Part shown: in pieces, positions 23,963-33,399 of the stretch
Layout: every line of letters starts with the position of its first letter
How positions within the stretch are numbered: position 1 is the stretch's first letter
Source: a virus
Taxonomy: Duplodnaviria > Caudoviricetes
Direction: 5' to 3' (one strand)
Virus record (IMG/VR): IMGVR_UViG_3300035365_000057
Coordinates: 1-64,000 of that record
DNA: 64,000 nt
Program-made: the position numbers and the translations under genes
The notes under the pieces: model-generated
Told to the model about the DNA's origin: nothing
Database searches by the model: none
Seen by the model: only the letters and a program-made list of their open reading frames with translations

Positions 23963-24034
23963 TCGCCCCAGTCTCGATTCGAACGGACAACTCGAAGGTT
24001 AGAGCTTCGCATATTACCTTTATACTATGGGGCA
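23963..24034 (-). tRNA. Amber suppressor tRNA (anticodon CUA, presumably Gln)
   Basis: TGCCCCA/TGGGGCG acceptor; CGAAG-CTCTAAC-CTTCG anticodon arm; TTCGAAT T-loop. Confidence 0.92.
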
Positions 24035-24115
24035 GTAAACATGGATATTAATTTATCCTCCGTCCATGTAGCGGAGCAGACGCTTACACATTTGTTTCAC
24101 ACGTCCTATGAAACA

Positions 24116-24250
24116 TTAAAACCAGGATAACAATCTCTTATACCAAGGTTTCTTAATCTTTGCGATTTTAACGCGTGATTCATAGATCTGTTCCCAAATA
24201 TTTTCCTCACATGCCGTTAAATCAATAATAATTTCAATTTGCTTTTTCAT
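24116..24250 (-). CDS. Small hypothetical protein (44 aa)
   Basis: MKKQIEIIIDLTACEENIWEQIYESRVKIAKIKKPWYKRLLSWF. Confidence 0.5.
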   Translation of the reverse strand: MKKQIEIIIDLTACEENIWEQIYESRVKIAKIKKPWYKRLLSWF

Positions 24251-24307
24251 AAATGTTAGTTTTTATATTTAAAACGATCTAATATATTTAAGTTCTAATT
24301 TGATGTA

Positions 24308-24838
24308 TTATTTCACCAACTCATATGGGTTAACTTTTGCATCACCTTTTACTCTACCCATGGATACTTCTTCAGATTTAACCATATCTTCTAGCGAATT
24401 AATACTTTCCATAACCTTACCTACAGATGTCATACCTGCTAACAAATCTTTAATCTTCTTCTCATCAAGAGTATCATCAAGAGATTCTTTGTAATAGTTA
24501 CTAATACTGTCTAATTTCAAGCGCATGTTATTTAACATTTGTAATGCTCTTGTATTTAAGAAAGACTTATATTCATCTTCACACATCTATTCTTCAGGAG
24601 TAAGAGTGTAATCACTATTATCGAAGAATCTCTCTTTGAGTTTACTTTCTCTTGAATCAGCATCCATACTTTGTACATATGGACTATCCCATTTGTTATT
24701 AAGTACTATGTAACTGATTATCTTTGTAGCGTATTTCTTATCCTCTTTATCAGATTCCCATAATTCTTTGAATGCAGGTATAATCAACATATCCGGATGT
24801 ATAGTTACGGAACCACCTACAATATCAGCTAGCTTCAT
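24308..24838 (-). CDS. Putative terminase small subunit, 176 aa (TAG=Gln)
   Basis: ORFs 24587..24838 and 24308..24586 join at one TAG; helical protein upstream of terL. Function inferred from position. Confidence 0.6.
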
Positions 24839-25124
24839 TTTCTTTATTTATTTCATTCCGCCAACGTGTAATATCATCTTTTGCTACGGCGTCAGTAACA
24901 ACAATTATTTTTTGTTTATTATTATCTTTATACCATTTAGAAAGTACTAGTATAATATCACCAGCTTCATAGTCAACAACTTCATTCTAAGTTATTACTT
25001 GACCATCTTTTTCAGCTAGATATATACTACGTATATCTATATCGTTTGGTGTATTCTTTAATACGTTATGTTCCTAATCGAAACATACAACGTCATTCCA
25101 TTGATTTACTAATAATTTATCCAT
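24825..25124 (-). CDS. Hypothetical protein, 99 aa (2 TAG=Gln)
   Basis: MDKLLVNQWNDVVCFDQ(TAG)EHN... to TGA at 24825; similar in style to the neighbour at 25127. Confidence 0.65.
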
Positions 25125-25126
25125 AA

Positions 25127-25468
25127 TTAACGGCTAATTTTACAACAACCATCACAACATTCACAGTCATTAATAAGTTCATCCAAACCTTTAAAATATT
25201 CTACAAATCGTTCGTCGTGCAATATAATTATTTGTTTATCTTGATAATCTTTAGTATTAGAGTACATTACGAAAACTATATCGTTTTCTTTAACTTCATA
25301 TTCGGTAATTTTACCAAAATGGTCTTTTACTCTAAGTAAACCATCTTCTTTAATGCGATAAGAATAATCAATGTTAATACCTGAATTAACGTAATCTATT
25401 TGAGGGAAATCGCCATTATTATCTAATTCAAACATACGATTATCCATATCATAATAATAATTCTTCAT
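25127..25468 (-). CDS. Hypothetical protein (113 aa)
   Basis: Complete ORF. Confidence 0.7.
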   Translation of the reverse strand: MKNYYYDMDNRMFELDNNGDFPQIDYVNSGINIDYSYRIKEDGLLRVKDHFGKITEYEVKENDIVFVMYSNTKDYQDKQIIILHDERFVEYFKGLDELINDCECCDGCCKISR

Positions 25469-25525
25469 AATTAATCTATTCTATAACCTAAATAAACTTC
25501 TTTAACTAGTCTCTATAATATCTCT

Positions 25526-25903
25526 TTAGCACGACTTAGTGGTACATTCGGGTTCACATACTCCGGATCCGTCTTGTATTTCCATATTATCTACTGATAC
25601 TCCTTCATTTCCTACTAAAGACTCTCTGTTTTTATATTTTGCCTCATACTTCTTAGTTAATTCCTTGCAAATATCATCAATCATTTGAGCTCGATTTTCA
25701 TCTATATTTTCTTTGGTATTGTTGATAATTTTATTAGTAATCTCATCAATCATATCACTACTAAATTCATCATACATCAACACACCTTCATTTATACATT
25801 TATCTACTACAGCATATAACTTTTGCAAAGGCTTTGACAAAGTTTCAACTTGAACAAATGCTTTTTCTAATTTCCACTGGATTAAACTATCTTCTTTAGT
25901 CAT
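25526..25903 (-). CDS. Hypothetical protein (125 aa)
   Basis: Complete ORF overlapping the upstream gene. Confidence 0.7.
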   Translation of the reverse strand: MTKEDSLIQWKLEKAFVQVETLSKPLQKLYAVVDKCINEGVLMYDEFSSDMIDEITNKIINNTKENIDENRAQMIDDICKELTKKYEAKYKNRESLVGNEGVSVDNMEIQDGSGVCEPECTTKSC

Positions 25904-26327
25904 CTTGTTTTCTTATTTTATTTAAAGTGTTACTAATACAATCTGCTGACCAACCAACTAAATACGCATATGCTTCATTTCCGCTAGAGAAGTCTTGTGA
26001 ATATAAACCTAATTGTTCATAGAAATAATCAGCTACATGAACCGATTCGTGTGCTATTACTTCTGTAGTTACTTTATTCTCATTCATTAATATGATAAGT
26101 ACACCCAATTCATCAGTTGCTATATTCATTACTGCGCAAGTTAATGCTATACTAGTATCATATTCAAAATCACGTTGTATTTCATGATATGTAGAACAAT
26201 TCTCTAAGTTATCTATACCATTTACAAATACGAATTGTTCATTTAACTTATCTATCTCTGTAGTAATCCACAACTTTCTTGGATAAATTTTAGGGTCGTA
26301 TTTATCAACATTGAGCTTCTTTTTCAT
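25896..26327 (-). CDS. HExxH metallopeptidase-like protein
   Basis: VIAHESVHVAD...NEAYAYLVGW zincin-like motif. Confidence 0.7.
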   Translation of the reverse strand: MKKKLNVDKYDPKIYPRKLWITTEIDKLNEQFVFVNGIDNLENCSTYHEIQRDFEYDTSIALTCAVMNIATDELGVLIILMNENKVTTEVIAHESVHVADYFYEQLGLYSQDFSSGNEAYAYLVGWSADCISNTLNKIRKQDD

Positions 26328-26508
26328 ATCTTTTCTTAACCTTTATTTTTCCTAGATAAGTAAACCTAACAGGTTTACTATCATAATTACTTATTACATC
26401 ATTTAGAAAATGAAAGGGACTGTTACATATGACTTCTATTACTTGATAAGGCAAATTGTACTTATTACTTAACTCAGTATATATACTCTTTGCTTTCTTT
26501 ATCTACAT
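26305..26508 (-). CDS. HU/IHF-like DNA-binding protein, 67 aa, TAG at codon 2
   Basis: ATG TAG ATA AAG...IYTELSNKYNLPYQVIEVICNSPF...RFTYLGKIKVK; missing from the ORF track. Confidence 0.65.
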
Positions 26509-26881
26509 CGATTAATCTGTAATAATTATTATCTGATAAATATTTGTTATCGACAAATAACGGAATATTGTTGAATGTTTTTGGCCTAATTATATTTGCT
26601 ACATGCATTATTTCTGCCCAATCACAGGATACAGTAGAAATTATCTGTTTCAATTTGTTTATTTCTTTATTGTTATATTTTCTTATGGGAGTATAAATCT
26701 TAACATCTTTCAATCCTTTGACATAACAATATTCAGTATTATCTCTAAGTAATAACGCTCTGTTATAAGGTAGCTCTTTTCTTCTAATCTTATACCACAA
26801 TTCTTTAAAGAAATTGTGCTTTTTCCATATTAATATTGTACCGGCATTCAGTGGTACATAGTTAATTTTTATCTTTTTCAT
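26474..26881 (-). CDS. Hypothetical protein (135 aa)
   Basis: Complete ORF. Confidence 0.7.
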   Translation of the reverse strand: MKKIKINYVPLNAGTILIWKKHNFFKELWYKIRRKELPYNRALLLRDNTEYCYVKGLKDVKIYTPIRKYNNKEINKLKQIISTVSCDWAEIMHVANIIRPKTFNNIPLFVDNKYLSDNNYYRLIDVDKESKEYIY

Positions 26882-27251
26882 TTATTCTTAGTATTATCGT
26901 AACTTGTATTCTATCGCCGATTATCTCAGGTACTAATATCTTATTGACTATAACTTCGTCTTCGATTTTACCTTTAACTAAGAATCCTTTCTCTTTAAAT
27001 TTAGTAATGTACCTACTTAGATTATCTGGAGTAATACCTAATGTTTTACGTATATACTTTCTATTATCAGTACTGATAACATTCTTACTTATATTCGGGA
27101 GTTTTGGAGTATTGACATCAATGTCAATCAATGTTGCCAATAACTCCAATTCCCTATCAGTTAAATCTAATATACCATTTAAAGACTTTAAGAATTCCTT
27201 GTATAGATCAGCTTTAGATACTGTCTTAACAAGTTTATTCATATCATGCAA
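26862..27251 (-). CDS. Putative winged-helix DNA-binding protein
   Basis: LTDRELELLA...RKTLGITPDNLSRYITKFKEKGFLV HTH-like pattern. Confidence 0.55.
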   Translation of the reverse strand: MHDMNKLVKTVSKADLYKEFLKSLNGILDLTDRELELLATLIDIDVNTPKLPNISKNVISTDNRKYIRKTLGITPDNLSRYITKFKEKGFLVKGKIEDEVIVNKILVPEIIGDRIQVTIILRINEKDKN

Positions 27252-27630
27252 TTAATTTACTCTTAATTTCTTTTAATACCTTAGTAAGGTTATAATATAC
27301 GGTTTCAGCTTCCAATTTAACGCATGGTTGTATTTCACCATTATTAAATTTTCTAATTGTTTCATTAAGATCTGAATCGTATTGCTCAAGTAAAGAATCG
27401 ATAAATTCAATTGTTTCTTTAATTGTCTTTTCTAAGTAACCGTTTGAATGTTTCAATTCTATGACATTTCCATTTTTCTCATAGATCTCCAACGTATTAC
27501 AATCTATCGCCATATAACGATTAAAACCATTGTTTTCATCTATCATTTCAAATGTATTAGTGTCAACATTATATTTAAAGATATCACCTTTCTTCGCAAT
27601 ACCGAAACTTTTAATAACTTTATATTCCAT
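27244..27630 (-). CDS. Hypothetical protein (128 aa)
   Basis: Complete ORF. Confidence 0.7.
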   Translation of the reverse strand: MEYKVIKSFGIAKKGDIFKYNVDTNTFEMIDENNGFNRYMAIDCNTLEIYEKNGNVIELKHSNGYLEKTIKETIEFIDSLLEQYDSDLNETIRKFNNGEIQPCVKLEAETVYYNLTKVLKEIKSKLIA

Positions 27631-27711
27631 ATTATTCTTTAGTTTTATTTAATTTATATGCTATTAACCATATTAATGCTACATACAAACCTATCAAACA
27701 AATTCCTTCCA

Positions 27712-28062
27712 TCATTTCTTTATTGCAATAATGTCGTAGGCTTTAACTAACTGGCTATTCTTAAATAAATCGAAATCCTTTGCAAATTTCTTATTGTAAA
27801 CAACAGTATCACCTACTTTGAATTGTGTTTCAATATCTGAAGGAATCTGTAATATTACACCAGTAGCCCAATCAGATTCAACTTCCTTTGTCTCAGTCTT
27901 AGTATCGTAGAGATTATAACCGTCTTCGTCTTTCTGACCATTTGGTATTTGTTCTGTAATTTCTTTAGTAACCATAATAGGATCTAAAGGTTTTACAAGA
28001 ACATCCTTCAATACCGTATACTCAATTCCATTTACTACTGTTTCTAATACTTTATCTTCCAT
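27712..28062 (-). CDS. GroES-like co-chaperonin
   Basis: DVLVKPL...TGVILQIP...FKVGDTVVY...DIIAI pattern of the Cpn10 fold. Confidence 0.6.
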   Translation of the reverse strand: MEDKVLETVVNGIEYTVLKDVLVKPLDPIMVTKEITEQIPNGQKDEDGYNLYDTKTETKEVESDWATGVILQIPSDIETQFKVGDTVVYNKKFAKDFDLFKNSQLVKAYDIIAIKK

Positions 28063-28067
28063 ATTGT

Positions 28068-28301
28068 TTATTCTTCTACTAATTTAAATATATTTCCACC
28101 ATTTGAACAACATATCGTTACAGCTCTATTTGGACATTTCTTGCCTAAGAAATAACAACCATCGCATGTTCCTGTAGGGCTAGACTTAACAATAACTTTG
28201 ATATTACCAAATGGTATTTCTGTTTCATTTTTAATCATATCTGCTATGATAGGATCTTTCTGTCTCATTAGATATTCTTTAGTATAAATCCTTGTCTGCA
28301 A
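28068..28301 (-). CDS. Small Cys-rich hypothetical protein
   Basis: CDGCYF...C...CC motif. Confidence 0.6.
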   Translation of the reverse strand: MQTRIYTKEYLMRQKDPIIADMIKNETEIPFGNIKVIVKSSPTGTCDGCYFLGKKCPNRAVTICCSNGGNIFKLVEE

Positions 28302-28424
28302 TACTTTAGCAAATAATTACTGCACGCATTATTGTCGTTTAATACACAACCTTGGCATCCGCCTCTTACTTTTTCATTAATTAATACATATTCTTTATCT
28401 TTATAAATGATATGCTGTCCTTCT

Positions 28425-28769
28425 TTAGCTCTTACTTCCTTCTCCATTATTCAATCCTTTATTATGTTTATCACAGTATAACATCGCTATTGCATTCCAA
28501 GCTACCGCAGCCAGATGTAGACATCCTGTTTCTTCATCGAACGTATTGCCTTTTTCGTATTCCATTAAATGTCTTAACATAGCACCTTTATATCTATTGT
28601 ATCCGTCAGGTAAACCTTGCCACTTATTTGGACCGTATTTTTCAGCACCGGCTGTATATACTTTAACAATATCTTCAATTTCTTCTAATGGGAGTAAATC
28701 CCATCTTAATTTGTGATCTTTAAAATCGTTCTTTACACTTTCAGTTTCCATAGTATCGATTATACGCAT
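28425..28769 (-). CDS. dATP/dGTP diphosphohydrolase-like protein (DUF5664 family)
   Basis: KLRWDLLP...GAEKYGPNKWQ...RHL...ETGCLHLAAVAWNA. Confidence 0.8.
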   Translation of the reverse strand: MRIIDTMETESVKNDFKDHKLRWDLLPLEEIEDIVKVYTAGAEKYGPNKWQGLPDGYNRYKGAMLRHLMEYEKGNTFDEETGCLHLAAVAWNAIAMLYCDKHNKGLNNGEGSKS

Positions 28770-28965
28770 TAATGAATTTATTATTAGTATACCTCGTCAA
28801 CATTTCTTTATGAAGTTCTTTTACGAATTTTTCATTTGCGTATATGAATTGGTTATTTCCTAAATCGATTTTAAAAATACCGTTATCATCACAAGTAATA
28901 CTTGGATTATAATTCATATCCTGTAATACGTTTCTTAATTGATCTAAAGTTACTTTATTCTCCAT
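28741..28965 (-). CDS. Hypothetical protein (74 aa)
   Basis: Complete ORF overlapping neighbours. Confidence 0.6.
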   Translation of the reverse strand: MENKVTLDQLRNVLQDMNYNPSITCDDNGIFKIDLGNNQFIYANEKFVKELHKEMLTRYTNNKFINAYNRYYGN

Positions 28966-29890
28966 CGTGATTTATATATTTGTTGTATAGTTCGTCAAAT
29001 TTACCTGGATACATTTCATTTAATTTGACTAGTAATTCTTTAGCTAATTTCTGTGCATCTGGGTGAGCTGAAGGAGCACAACGTAATTCAAAGAAATGAA
29101 TCCAATCAGATAATAATCCTGTCATTACTAACTCTGTCTTTAAAGCATTTGGTAATACTTGTCTTGCTTGTTGTGGTTTATATCCATTTTCTATCAAGTT
29201 TAGATAACCTAACTCAGAATTTATTGCCGTGTATAAAAATGTTTTAGTATACTCACTAACTTTCAATTTAACTTCCTGTTTTGTTAAGTCACTCTATACG
29301 AAATTAAATGTTTCCTCTAACCCATTTAATACTGTATTATTAGAAATATCATCAACCCAACTAGGAATAATAAAAGTTAATCCGTTTCCAAACTTATTTT
29401 TAGAATAATTACAATATCTTGTAGATTCAGCGGCGAAGCTGAATGTTCTGTGTCTTGTAAATTCTGCAAGGATACCTCTATCACAAGTCCATTTAACGGT
29501 AATGCGCTTTTCGTGATATTCAGTTGGTTCACAGATATATTGTAGATCATCTAATCTGTTATTTTCAATTATAACTCTAAAGTTAGTTGTAACATAATAT
29601 ACATCGTCTTGTTGAACTACTTTAGAATATTTATTCCCGTTTCTCCAAAATAACATTGCTGGTGGTATATTACTGTTGTCTTTGGTTATTTTTAAGTAAA
29701 CAGTACCATGTTCAAGTACTGCCCCGTGGCGGGACTTAATCATTCTATCTACAAATGCTTTAGCACTATCTTCAGTAATCTTATCCTCAGATTTATAGCA
29801 TGTTCTACCAGCTAATTCAATCTGTTTGTACATACCATCTAAACCTGGTTGTTGTTCTAATATCTCTAAACCCGAATTAATTAGTCTCAT
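28955..29890 (-). CDS. thyX: Flavin-dependent thymidylate synthase, 311 aa (one TAG=Gln at 29294)
   Basis: AGRTCYKS, HGAVLEH, RHRTFSFAAESTRY, ARQVLPNALKTE, FFELRC..SAHP; the two ORF halves join in frame at TAG. Confidence 0.9.
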
Positions 29891-30218
29891 ATTTCTTTCC
29901 AATAAATAGTTTAACAGCCCAATGTGATCTATAACGTTTTACGATATCTTTCCAAGTGCATACTTTCCAGTACAATTCCGAATTACTATGTTTTAGTCTT
30001 TCTATTTCGACATTTAAAGAACTGATTTGATTATTGAGATTATTAATCTTGTCTTCATAATCTTTTCTCACAATATCGTATACTTCATTGTACTTCTTTC
30101 TATATTCATTTGCCGCATTCTCATACCTCTCTTTTGAATCTCTTATTTCTGTTTTTAGAAGTAAGTTTTTATATTCAGAAGTAGTAATCAATGCTGTATT
30201 AATACGTGTATCCATCAT
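29877..30218 (-). CDS. Coiled-coil hypothetical protein
   Basis: 113-aa ORF with heptad pattern. Confidence 0.6.
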   Translation of the reverse strand: MMDTRINTALITTSEYKNLLLKTEIRDSKERYENAANEYRKKYNEVYDIVRKDYEDKINNLNNQISSLNVEIERLKHSNSELYWKVCTWKDIVKRYRSHWAVKLFIGKKYETN

Positions 30219-30387
30219 AATAAAAATAAATTATCTAGAGTAAGAGTAACTATTTAAGTTATTATTACTGTTCTTAGTAATACCCCCTTACCCCCTTTGC
30301 ACATACATAATAACGTAGTACTTGTTAATTTGGTATTAATATTTTAACATTTGTTAAGGATTTATACAATAATTAAGTAAAAAATAT

Positions 30388-30642
30388 TTACAAATTGTTT
30401 GTAATCAAATACTGATCTATCATATCTCTTAATTCTGGTATAGTTTGTGCTTCAATCTTGATAATATTGTTTTCATTACTCCGGATATGCCCTATATAAT
30501 GGGTTATTTCAGTAAATAAATTATTATCTAATTCGTATGCTGTTTTAGCATTAGTTACTCCGCTAATCCATATTTTAACAGATTTATTAGAATAACGATT
30601 GTTAATTTCGGTTAATTGTTTATAAATTTTTTCAATATCCAT
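30388..30642 (-). CDS. Hypothetical protein (84 aa)
   Basis: Complete ORF, first gene of the leftward arm. Confidence 0.6.
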   Translation of the reverse strand: MDIEKIYKQLTEINNRYSNKSVKIWISGVTNAKTAYELDNNLFTEITHYIGHIRSNENNIIKIEAQTIPELRDMIDQYLITNNL

Positions 30643-30917
30643 AACTTTTATTTAAATTATTTATATATTATTAACGTAAAAGTTAAATAAAAATAAAAAT
30701 TAGTAAAAAATTTTTACAAAAAAATTTTAAGAATTTTTGTGAGTGTGTGGAACTATCCCCAATTCACCCCCCTCTGTCATCGATCGGCGGGAATACCCCG
30801 TTGGGTCGTCTACCCTAAAACTCAAAAAGCTGAGTATAGACTATTCTTCCGTGACTGACAGGAATTCGGAAGAGGGGTGCAAAGACTGTCGTTTTTTTTA
30901 TTATTTTTTTAATCACT
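30643..30917. promoter_or_regulatory. Divergent strand-switch region (promoters / possible origin or genome end)
   Basis: All genes to the left are minus strand and all to the right are plus; very AT-rich tract followed by a GC-rich patch with C-runs. Confidence 0.5.
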
Positions 30918-31067
30918 ATGAAATACAGAATAGATGCTTATCAAAAGAACGGTGCTGTTAAGCAAGGCACAAAGCTGTTAGAAGATATTGATGCAGCAAT
31001 TAAATTAGCAAAACAAGTTGCATCTCATTATCATTGTTACACACGTATTGCAAGGGTACAGGCTTAA
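30918..31067 (+). CDS. Small early protein (49 aa)
   Basis: MKYRIDAYQKNGAVKQGTKLLEDIDAAIKLAKQVASHYHCYTRIARVQA. Confidence 0.5.
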   Translation: MKYRIDAYQKNGAVKQGTKLLEDIDAAIKLAKQVASHYHCYTRIARVQA

Positions 31068-31551
31068 TGCCTGTATTCCTACGCATACGGATGCAATTCA
31101 ATCTCTACTGTAACTTATTGGTAATTTAGATTATTAATTTTAGTTATTATCATAAGTATTATGAGCGATATACATTTTGCTTCAGGAGTGATATGTTTGT
31201 TATTATTCCTATGGTTTAGATATGTGGAGGATTAATATCTGATAAACAACAGAACAATTCAGACCCAACTCCCAACACACGGCAGTAATAGAACAGTATT
31301 TACTACACAATATCCGGTACTGATTACACAGTACTGAGTATTGTTGGTAAAGGCTGCGCACCGGGAACAATTCAGCCCCATCTGCCACAAATTGGAGAGA
31401 AAAAAGAAAGGATTTAAGGATTTGTGAAGTTGTGGGATTGAGAGGTTATCCCAATTTCCGAACATAATCGCAAATCAAATCCAAACATAATTTTCTCCAC
31501 CGCTTAATATATAGCGATTAATTTAATTATTCACCAAAAAATCATACAATT

Positions 31552-32217
31552 ATGGCACGTTATCGTATTTTAAATCCAGTCATCAAGACTGTAGAGCAAG
31601 GCAAACAGAATGCAGGTAAGAAATATTTAGTTGCAGACCTTCAGAACACTATGTGTATTTGGGAACCAACCCAGATATTCACATGTTTCATTGACGCTAT
31701 TGTTGCAGCATTTACTCCACTATTATCAATAGCACACGGAGGAACAGCACAACAAGATGCTCAACTACCAGAAGAACTATCAACCGTAACAGGTTGTTGG
31801 ATTGACTGGGTACCGCCTCAGAAGTTCTATAAACAACATTTATCATCGCATCCTGCACAGCCAGCTACTCCTACAAGAGCAGCACGACCTGCAATACAAG
31901 CAGGTGAATTAGTCAAAAAGGGCGATACTCCTATTTTGTACACAACTCTTCGTATATTCTGTCAATATTATCTTGACGAATTTAACGAAAAACAATGGAT
32001 ACGCGGAGGTTCACCAGAAGAAGTTGGACAAAGAGCATTCAGTGCATATTGCATTCCTGCAAAAGAAGACGGAACGCCACAAGCAATGCCAACAGCTCAG
32101 CCAGAGATAGTAAGTGGGCAAGTTATACAAACAGCTCCACAACCTCAACCTCAACAGCAAGTTCAAGGTCAAGGTCAATTCAATGGTCAACCAACACCCG
32201 CAATGCCATCATTCTAA
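31552..32217 (+). CDS. Early hypothetical protein with Gln/Pro-rich tail
   Basis: 221-aa ORF; low-complexity C-terminus ending MPSF. Confidence 0.75.
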   Translation: MARYRILNPVIKTVEQGKQNAGKKYLVADLQNTMCIWEPTQIFTCFIDAIVAAFTPLLSIAHGGTAQQDAQLPEELSTVTGCWIDWVPPQKFYKQHLSSHPAQPATPTRAARPAIQAGELVKKGDTPILYTTLRIFCQYYLDEFNEKQWIRGGSPEEVGQRAFSAYCIPAKEDGTPQAMPTAQPEIVSGQVIQTAPQPQPQQQVQGQGQFNGQPTPAMPSF

Positions 32218-32578
32218 TTAATAGATGACAACTTGAAAGAAAGTGACAGCCTGGAAAGACAGGCATTTTCATTGATTATTTACTTAAAACAATATATCAT
32301 ATGAAAAAGTTTATCAAAGAAACAGTATTAACAGCAATTTGTACATTTGCAATACTATCATTTTGCGCATGGGATGTTCAATGGATTGCAAGCTGCCATG
32401 TAATATTACGTGTGTTTTTTGCAGTATGGTGCATAGCCATTGGCGTACTCAATCGAGTATATCTTGAAAATAAATAAATACGTATTATAAAAACTTAATA
32501 ACTTCCCAAGTTGTTGAGGGCACCAGTTTTCCTTGTGACTTAGTTAGAAGCTGGCACGGCTACTATCCTGATATAAAG

Positions 32579-33240
32579 ATGGTAATAAATGTGCATAAAT
32601 TACTTAATTGTAAATCTAACGGTGATAAGTCACAGGGTTTAGGTGTAAAACACATTATAATAGATATGGAATATACAAAAGAATACAAATACTGGGTATA
32701 TCATAGAATTATGAGTAATCCAAAAGATAAACCATTTCTATTAGCTCATTTAAAATTATTAGATGAGATTTTAAAAGAAATAACAAACTTATGATATATA
32801 TCATATTAGAAACATCATCAGATAGCATAGAATCTTTTACAAGGATTATATTTGCATCAACAGATAAAGAAAAAGCTGAAGACAAATTCAATGAATGCAA
32901 AAATCTTTGTGCAAATACAAAAGATGATAAATGGTGGAATGAATTTAATTTCATTAAATATGATGATGAAACAAACCAACAAAAAACAATAGAAACAATA
33001 GATAATACATAAATTGCAATCTTTAACTACAATAAATATATGAAAAAAGAATATGTTTTAGAACCATTTGTAGGAGACTATGACTCATCTTGTTTCAACT
33101 GTGATTTAGCTGATTACTGTATGGGGAATACTAAAACATTCGAAAAAACAAATCAATCTATTGAAGAAATAGACAAATTAATAGAAGAATGTTTATATGA
33201 TGATTTCTGTTACATTAAATTGCATACATATGAAAGATAG
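32579..33240 (+). CDS. Three small early hypothetical genes (32579..32794, 32791..33012, 33040..33240)
   Basis: Adjacent or overlapping ORFs; the last ends in TAG and overlaps the ATG of a 24-aa hydrophobic ORF. Confidence 0.55.
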
Positions 33241-33399
33241 TTTAGAAGCTTTAGGATTTGGTCTATTAATAGGCCTATTATTTATTATTGGTTTAATATT
33301 ATAAGATATTCTATACACATTTCGCTTAGTAACTATTCTGTGAAAGGCAAATATCCTTCTACAATCGTGAGATTGCAATTTACTTCGTTAAACTATAGT

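Noticed and set aside
1-24838. Fragmented structural ORFs as pseudogenes or sequencing errors
   Set aside because: All fragments stay in frame and break only at TAG, and a CUA tRNA is present; recoding explains them.
28425-28769. 2-aminoadenine (Z-genome) pathway
   Set aside because: A DUF5664-like gene is present, but no PurZ or DatZ-like gene was recognised in this window.
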